The translations under genes were made by a program, and so were the position numbers. Positions 58,767-64,000 of a stretch of DNA of 64,000 bases are shown here, piece after piece (the first letter of the stretch is position 1; each line of letters begins with the position of its first letter). Source of the DNA: Pseudomonas aeruginosa PAO1. Lineage in GTDB: Bacteria; Pseudomonadota; Gammaproteobacteria; Pseudomonadales; Pseudomonadaceae. The notes under the pieces were generated by a model, which saw only the letters and a list, made by a program, of their open reading frames with translations, searched no databases and was not told where the DNA came from. The stretch is from assembly GCF_000006765.1 (NCBI RefSeq), contig NC_002516.2; one strand, given 5' to 3'.

Positions 58767-59771
58767 TCAAGGCCGCAAGGCAGTCCCGGGCGCCGCGGAA
58801 TCGACTTTCGCGGTGTCCTCCGCGGGCAGCACCCGGATGGTCGCGGTCACGCCGGCGCGCAAGGTGTTGCGCTGGCGATAGGCGGGATCGATGGCGATGC
58901 GCACCGGAATTCGCTGGGCCAGCTTGACCCAGGTATAGCTCGGGTTGATGTTCGCCAGCAGGCGCGAGCCCTCGGCATTCTCCCGGTCGGTGATGGCATG
59001 GGCGATGCTCTGCACGCGCCCGTCGAAGCGCTCGCCGCTCATCAGTTCCACCCGCGCCCGGCTGCCGACGTGGATGCCCGGCAACTTGGTCTCCTCGAAG
59101 TATCCGCTGACATAGAACGAATCGCGGTCCACCAGCGCCAGCAATGGCACCCCGGCGTGGGCGTAGTCGCCCTCGCGGGTCTGCAGGTTGGTCACGTAGC
59201 CGCTGACCGGGGCGCGCACCTGGGTACGTTCGAGATCGAGACGGGCCTGCTGCAAGGCGGCTTCGGCAAGCTCCACGTTGGCCTGGGCCAGGCCGAGGCT
59301 GGCCTGGTTCCTCAGCAACTCGGCCTGGGCCAGGCTGACGTCGGTCTGGGCCTTTTCGTTCTCTTCCACCGATAGCATCGAGCGCTTCTGCAATGCCGAG
59401 CGCCGTTGCGCCTCGCTGCGGCGCTGGCGCAACTGGGCCTGGCTGGCCTCGATCGCCGCGCGCGACTCGCCCAGCGCCGCCCGCGCCACGTTCACCGCGC
59501 GCTCGGCGCGCAGCACCGCCAGTTCATAGCGCGCCGGATCGATGCTGAGCAGCAGTTCGCCCTTCTCCACGGGCTGGTTGTCGCTCAGCGGCAACCGGGT
59601 GATCAGCCCGGAAACGTCCGCCGACAGCGTCACCACATCGGCGCGGACCCGCGCGTCACGGGTCCACGGCGTGCGGGTGTAGCGTTCCCAGGCGAGGAAC
59701 ACCAGTGCCGCCGCCACCAGCACCGCCAGCAGGGTGGCCAGGCGCGGCCATTTGCCTTGCAACAGATTCAT
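58767..59771 (-). CDS. HlyD/AaeA-type membrane fusion protein
   Basis: PWTRDARVRAD, APVSG, WVKLAQRIPVRI. Confidence 0.9.
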   Translation of the reverse strand: MNLLQGKWPRLATLLAVLVAAALVFLAWERYTRTPWTRDARVRADVVTLSADVSGLITRLPLSDNQPVEKGELLLSIDPARYELAVLRAERAVNVARAALGESRAAIEASQAQLRQRRSEAQRRSALQKRSMLSVEENEKAQTDVSLAQAELLRNQASLGLAQANVELAEAALQQARLDLERTQVRAPVSGYVTNLQTREGDYAHAGVPLLALVDRDSFYVSGYFEETKLPGIHVGSRARVELMSGERFDGRVQSIAHAITDRENAEGSRLLANINPSYTWVKLAQRIPVRIAIDPAYRQRNTLRAGVTATIRVLPAEDTAKVDSAAPGTALRP

Positions 59772-59977
59772 CGGGACATCTCCCCCATCCACAGGATCAG
59801 ACCGGCGCAGATCGCGCAGTACAACGCGCCCTGGAACAGCGCTTCGTGCCAGACCCGCTGCAACACGCCGAAGCGCCGCAACAGCGGGTTGAGCAGCAGC
59901 AGGATCAGCCAGGCCAGCAGCAGCGCCTGGGCGATCGGCGGCAGGTAGACGCCCCCGATCTCGACATCAGCGGGCAT
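59768..59977 (-). CDS. DUF1656/AaeX-like small membrane protein
   Basis: DVEIGGVYLPP...RVWHEALF; sits between the FUSC and MFP genes with overlaps. Confidence 0.82.
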   Translation of the reverse strand: MPADVEIGGVYLPPIAQALLLAWLILLLLNPLLRRFGVLQRVWHEALFQGALYCAICAGLILWMGEMSR

Positions 59978-62141
59978 GTCCGCCCTCCTCTTCTGGTTCT
60001 TCGACGACCGCCGGTGCGCCGCGGTCCTCCTCCAGCAACGTCCGATAGCGTTGCAGCGACTGCTGCAGGATCAGTACCGCGACATTCATGATGAAGCGCT
60101 GCCGCGTCGCCCCGAGGTCCTTCGACGGCTGCGCCAGCAAGGCCTCCAGGCCCCGGCCGAAACGCCGCAGGGCGGCCAGGGCGAGGTCCTGCCGCGGGGC
60201 GTCCGCTCCGCCGGCTATGTAGGCGGCGACCTCGCGCAGCGCCTCGCCCAGCAGCGGCTGCAACTCCAGCGGCACCACCCCGGCGTCATGCAGCGGCTCG
60301 CGCAGGCGGTTCAACGCCACGCCCATCACCACACAGCCCAGGGCGCACTGGAAACGTTCCGCCGAAGCCGGCTCCTGGCTCGCCGGCAGCAGGCCGACCA
60401 TCACCGCCAGGCGATCGATCATCCGCGTCTCGAAGGCGAAGCGCTGCGCCTCGCTGGCCTCGCAGCGCGACATTTCCGCGACGTCCTGGCGCGACAGGTA
60501 GAGCAGCCGGCGCAGGCGCGGGTCGGCGCGGAACGGATAGACCAGGGCGAACACCAGCACGGCGAGGACCGCCGCGGCGAGGAAGCCGCCGACGAACTCG
60601 AACCACTGCGAAGCGTTGCTGTAGTAGACCGCGATATTCTGCGGCGCCACCATCAGCAAGGTCTCCAGGCCGATGCCCATGGCGATCCCGGCGCTCAGCG
60701 GGCTGCTCAGGCCGACCGCGACCACGTACAGCAGCAACGCCATCCACAACGCCAGCCACTCGAAGTCGGCGGATGCCGGTAACAGCACGAACAGCAGCGC
60801 CGCCGAGATCAGGATCGCCAGCAGCAGCCCGCGCAGGAAGTTCTGCGCCGCCAGCAGCGGACGCGGGAAGGTCGCCATCAGCGAGCACATCACGCCGACC
60901 AGCAGCAGGCTGCTGAGGGCGCCGTTCCAGGCGCTGGTGATCCACAGCCAGGCGGCGCAGGACAAGGCGACGAAAGCGCGCACGGCGTTCATCGAGGCCA
61001 GCGCCCAGTCCAGGTGCAGCGCCTGCGCCTGGCCACGGCGGTAGAAACTGCTGGCCTGGCGGCCGGACTGGATCGCATCGTTGAGTTCGAGCACTTCGCC
61101 CAGGCGCTGGAACAGCCGCGCGTATTCCCAGCGCAGGATCGCCACCTGCGGGCGCAGCGCCGGGCTCAGCGCCTCGTCGTAGGACTCCGCGCGCGTCGCC
61201 GCGGCATCGAAGGCCTGGCGCACCGCCTGGAACTCCTCCAGCACCTCGGAGGGTACCGCCCGCCCCTGCTCGGCCAGCGCGTCCAGCACCCGCAGCGCAC
61301 GATCCAGCAGTGCCTGGATATCCGCCGGCAACGGCCCGACCCAGTGCGCCCGCACCAGCAGGCGATGCTGGCGCAGCAGCAACAGCCGCGAGGCCATCAG
61401 CACCAGCAGGTTACCCAGCAACTGCACCAGGCCATCGGCGCGGCGCAGGTTCGGCGCGTCGAAATAGAGGTGCCGGCGCAGGCCGTCCAGCGCGGTGATG
61501 CTGGCGACCAGTTGCATCTGCCGCTGGTTGAACGACTCGTCGCCCTCGTCGCCGCGGATCACCGCCGCGGCGTGCCGCGCGGTACTGCGGATCAGGCCGT
61601 CGACCTGGGCGAAGTAGCCCTTCGCCACCGCCTGCGGTCGCGCGCTGAGCAGGCTGACCAGGGCCACGCAGGCGACGCCCAGCAGGGTCTCGGTGACCCG
61701 CACCACGGCGAGCATGAAGGTGTTTTCCGGATCGGGAATCGACAGCACGGCGACGATCACCGCGGTGAAGCCGCTGAGCACGAAGGCGTGCGAGTCGGTG
61801 TAGCGCAGCAAGGTGCCGCCGGCGGTGCAGAGCGCCAGCCAGAGTCCCAGGGCGACGAAGAACGGCAACGGTTGCTGGGCGAACAGCGCCATGATCAGCA
61901 CCGCCACCACGGCGCCGGCGAAGGTACCGAGGACCTGGGCGAAACTGCGCTTGAGAGCCATCCCGGCCAGCGGCTGGCTGACGATGACCACGGTCATCAG
62001 CGCCCACTTCGGCTGCTCCAGGTCGAAGAGGAAGGCCAGGTAGAGGGTCAGCAGCCCGGCGGCGACGGTGCGCAGGGCGAACAGCAGGGTTTCCCGCGGC
62101 GGCCGCCAGAGCAAGCGGGCGTAGAATTTCAGCCCTTCCAT
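59967..62141 (-). CDS. FUSC/AaeB-family inner-membrane efflux protein (724 aa)
   Basis: LEQPKWALMTVVIVSQP, FVLSGFTA, RVTETLLG. Confidence 0.9.
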   Translation of the reverse strand: MEGLKFYARLLWRPPRETLLFALRTVAAGLLTLYLAFLFDLEQPKWALMTVVIVSQPLAGMALKRSFAQVLGTFAGAVVAVLIMALFAQQPLPFFVALGLWLALCTAGGTLLRYTDSHAFVLSGFTAVIVAVLSIPDPENTFMLAVVRVTETLLGVACVALVSLLSARPQAVAKGYFAQVDGLIRSTARHAAAVIRGDEGDESFNQRQMQLVASITALDGLRRHLYFDAPNLRRADGLVQLLGNLLVLMASRLLLLRQHRLLVRAHWVGPLPADIQALLDRALRVLDALAEQGRAVPSEVLEEFQAVRQAFDAAATRAESYDEALSPALRPQVAILRWEYARLFQRLGEVLELNDAIQSGRQASSFYRRGQAQALHLDWALASMNAVRAFVALSCAAWLWITSAWNGALSSLLLVGVMCSLMATFPRPLLAAQNFLRGLLLAILISAALLFVLLPASADFEWLALWMALLLYVVAVGLSSPLSAGIAMGIGLETLLMVAPQNIAVYYSNASQWFEFVGGFLAAAVLAVLVFALVYPFRADPRLRRLLYLSRQDVAEMSRCEASEAQRFAFETRMIDRLAVMVGLLPASQEPASAERFQCALGCVVMGVALNRLREPLHDAGVVPLELQPLLGEALREVAAYIAGGADAPRQDLALAALRRFGRGLEALLAQPSKDLGATRQRFIMNVAVLILQQSLQRYRTLLEEDRGAPAVVEEPEEEGGHAR

Positions 62142-62378
62142 GCCCGGCCCCGCACCTCCAGGCAACGGTTGGCCGCGGACCAGGCGGCGATGAAGCGACT
62201 CGACATGCTGGTTTCTCGTTCGGGGTTCATGCGGCGGGTTCGCTTCCAGTCTAGAAGGCGCAAGGAAATCCGTGGCCGCCTACGGGGGCGGGCAGGTGCG
62301 GTCGGCCACGGAGCGACGAGTCGCGGCTACAGGGTAAAAGCCCCGACAGCCTTCCCGGTAGCGCGTCCAGGCGAAAAC

Positions 62379-62395
62379 CGTTTTCGCTGAGAACG
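62379..62395. promoter_or_regulatory. Candidate LysR recognition site
   Basis: CGTTTTCGCTGAGAACG, dyad with T-N11-A, in the FUSC/LysR divergent gap. Confidence 0.45.
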
Positions 62396-62541
62396 AACGC
62401 TGCGGCGCCTTTCGATTGGGTAAGCTTGCTCAAGGCTGGATCGATTTAGCTTGCGAATCAAGCGGATAGAAAGCCTAAGGAAAACGACCAGGAGGAGCCG
62501 AGAATGCGTCGAGCGATTGCCACTGTATCGTGGGCCCACCG

Positions 62542-63456
62542 ATGAGCCTGCGTTTCGACGATATCGAAGCCTTCCTCAACGTCGCCGAACTCAACAGCGT
62601 GACGTCGGCGGCCGAGCGCATGAGCCTGTCCAAGTCGGTGATCAGCAAGCGTGTCAGCGATCTCGAACGACGCCTCGGCGTCCGCCTGCTCTATCGCACC
62701 ACGCGCAACGTCGAGCCGACCGAGGCCGGGCATTTCTTCTACAAGGCCGCCAAGGCCTCGCTGCAGGAACTCAACAACGCCGCGGAGATTGTCGCCCTGC
62801 GCGAGAACGACCTGTGCGGCGAATTGCGCATCGTCACCCCGATGAGCTTCGGCACCCTCTGGCTGTCGCCGATCATCGCCGACTTCATGAGCCAGCACCC
62901 GCGCCTGGAGATCGTCCTGCAGATGGACGACCGCCTCACCGACTTCGAGAAGGAAGGCTACGACCTGAGCATCCGCGTCACCCGCCTGGACGACAGTTCG
63001 CTGATCGCCCGGCCGCTGGCCAACAGCCAGCGGGTGGTCTGCTGCAGCCCCGACTACGCGGAACGCCACGGCACGCTGGACACCCTCGAACAACTGATGC
63101 AGCACGAGTGCCTGGGCTACAACAACGCCACGCCGAGCCAGGTCTGGACCTTCGAACCGGCGTTCCCCGGCGCCAAGCCCCGTGCCGTCTCGCCACGCGG
63201 ACGCTTCAGCAGCAACAACGGCCAGGCCATGCGCGACGCCGCCCTGCGCGGCCAGGGACTGGCGTTGCTGCCGCTGTTCATCGTCGCCGAGGACCTCAAG
63301 AACGGCCGCCTGGTGGACGCCGCGCCCGGCCTGCGCCCACTCGACGACGTGATCTACGCGATGTATTCGCGGGCGGCGGCGATGTCGCCGAAGGTCAAGG
63401 CGTTCATCCAGCATCTCCAGCAGGCGCTGTCGATCCCGCCCTGGGGCAACGGCTGA
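62542..63456 (+). CDS. bexR: LysR-family regulator, probably bistable expression regulator BexR (304 aa)
   Basis: LysR HTH NSVTSAAERMSLSKSVISKRVSDLE; symbol from recalled PAO1 synteny (PA2432). Confidence 0.78.
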   Translation: MSLRFDDIEAFLNVAELNSVTSAAERMSLSKSVISKRVSDLERRLGVRLLYRTTRNVEPTEAGHFFYKAAKASLQELNNAAEIVALRENDLCGELRIVTPMSFGTLWLSPIIADFMSQHPRLEIVLQMDDRLTDFEKEGYDLSIRVTRLDDSSLIARPLANSQRVVCCSPDYAERHGTLDTLEQLMQHECLGYNNATPSQVWTFEPAFPGAKPRAVSPRGRFSSNNGQAMRDAALRGQGLALLPLFIVAEDLKNGRLVDAAPGLRPLDDVIYAMYSRAAAMSPKVKAFIQHLQQALSIPPWGNG

Positions 63457-63570
63457 GCGACCGAACCATTCCGGCGAGGCTCCGGTCAGATACTGGGCAT
63501 GCGGAGAAGACTCCCAGGAGCCTGTCGTCTCTCCCCCGTCCGGCCACCCGGCCCACAAAGGAGAACTGCC

Positions 63571-63840
63571 ATGATCGTGCGTACCCTGCTCATCGCCGCC
63601 GCCCTGCTCGGCGGCACCGCCCAAGCCGCCGAAAGCACCGACCTGTGCGGCGCCAACCTGCAGAAGCTGGACGATATCCTCGCCGTGCGCGGCAAGACCT
63701 CGGTCACCGGTGCGCGGGTCACCGAGGTCAAGGAACTCCAGGCCAAGGCCAGGCAGGACCAGGCCAGCGGCGACACCAAGGGCTGCATCACCGCCACCAC
63801 CCAGGCCCTGCAGATCCTGCAGAACGCCGGGAAGAAATGA
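63571..63840 (+). CDS. Small secreted protein with two Cys (89 aa)
   Basis: AAAGGAG RBS; signal peptide ending AQA; DLCGAN and KGCITA. Confidence 0.82.
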   Translation: MIVRTLLIAAALLGGTAQAAESTDLCGANLQKLDDILAVRGKTSVTGARVTEVKELQAKARQDQASGDTKGCITATTQALQILQNAGKK

Positions 63841-63856
63841 TCCGCGACAGACGCAA

Positions 63857-63937
63857 GGCGGATAACCGCAAGCGGTTATCCGTCCTACCCCAATGCGACC
63901 CTCCGCAGGGCGAATAGCGCCGCAGGCGTTATCCGCC
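63857..63937. repeat. Two REP palindromes of the same family as the 39.3-kb array
   Basis: GGCGGATAACCGC-AA-GCGGTTATCCGTC-CTAC (63857-63888) and GCAG-GGCGAATAGCGCC-GCA-GGCGTTATCCGCC (63905-63937). Confidence 0.8.
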
Positions 63938-63975
63938 GACACTCCAGCCCCCGCCCCGACCGCGTCCGATTTCGC

Positions 63976-64000
63976 TCATTCGAAGCGCAGGCTTTCCCGC
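63976..64000 (-). CDS. Possible 3' end of a gene entering from the right edge (...RESLRFE*)
   Basis: Only 7 codons and a TGA are visible. Confidence 0.3.

Overview
GC-rich Pseudomonas aeruginosa chromosomal window covering most of the type I pyoverdine locus. Gene order matches the PAO1 PA2400-PA2433 region as I recall it; no database comparison was run. Left to right: NRPS pvdJ (truncated by the left edge) and pvdI; the fpvGHJKCDEF iron-release/ABC operon; a type II thioesterase, mbtH and pvdH; a non-siderophore insert (sorbosone-type dehydrogenase, DUF2231-like protein, treA, LysR, pirin, YcaC-like hydrolase, OprD porin, SphA-like barrel); a ~2.3 kb islet (REP array, 104-aa orphan gene, Bro-N gene, unlisted 52-aa ORF); pvdL, pvdG, pvdS, a degenerate pvdY, ppk2, a FUSC-type efflux operon, a LysR (probably bexR) and a small secreted protein. 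Most of this is well-described biology. The best candidate for something undescribed is in the islet: the 104-aa gene carries a SymE/SymR-like cis-antisense layout, with an antisense -10 in codons 5-7 and a terminator hairpin that pairs fully only on the minus strand, predicting an ~80-nt antisense RNA over its RBS. Also notable: the 52-aa ORF, two long in-frame near-identical NRPS repeats, and a vestigial PvdY that keeps a perfect PvdS promoter. All motif calls were made by eye.
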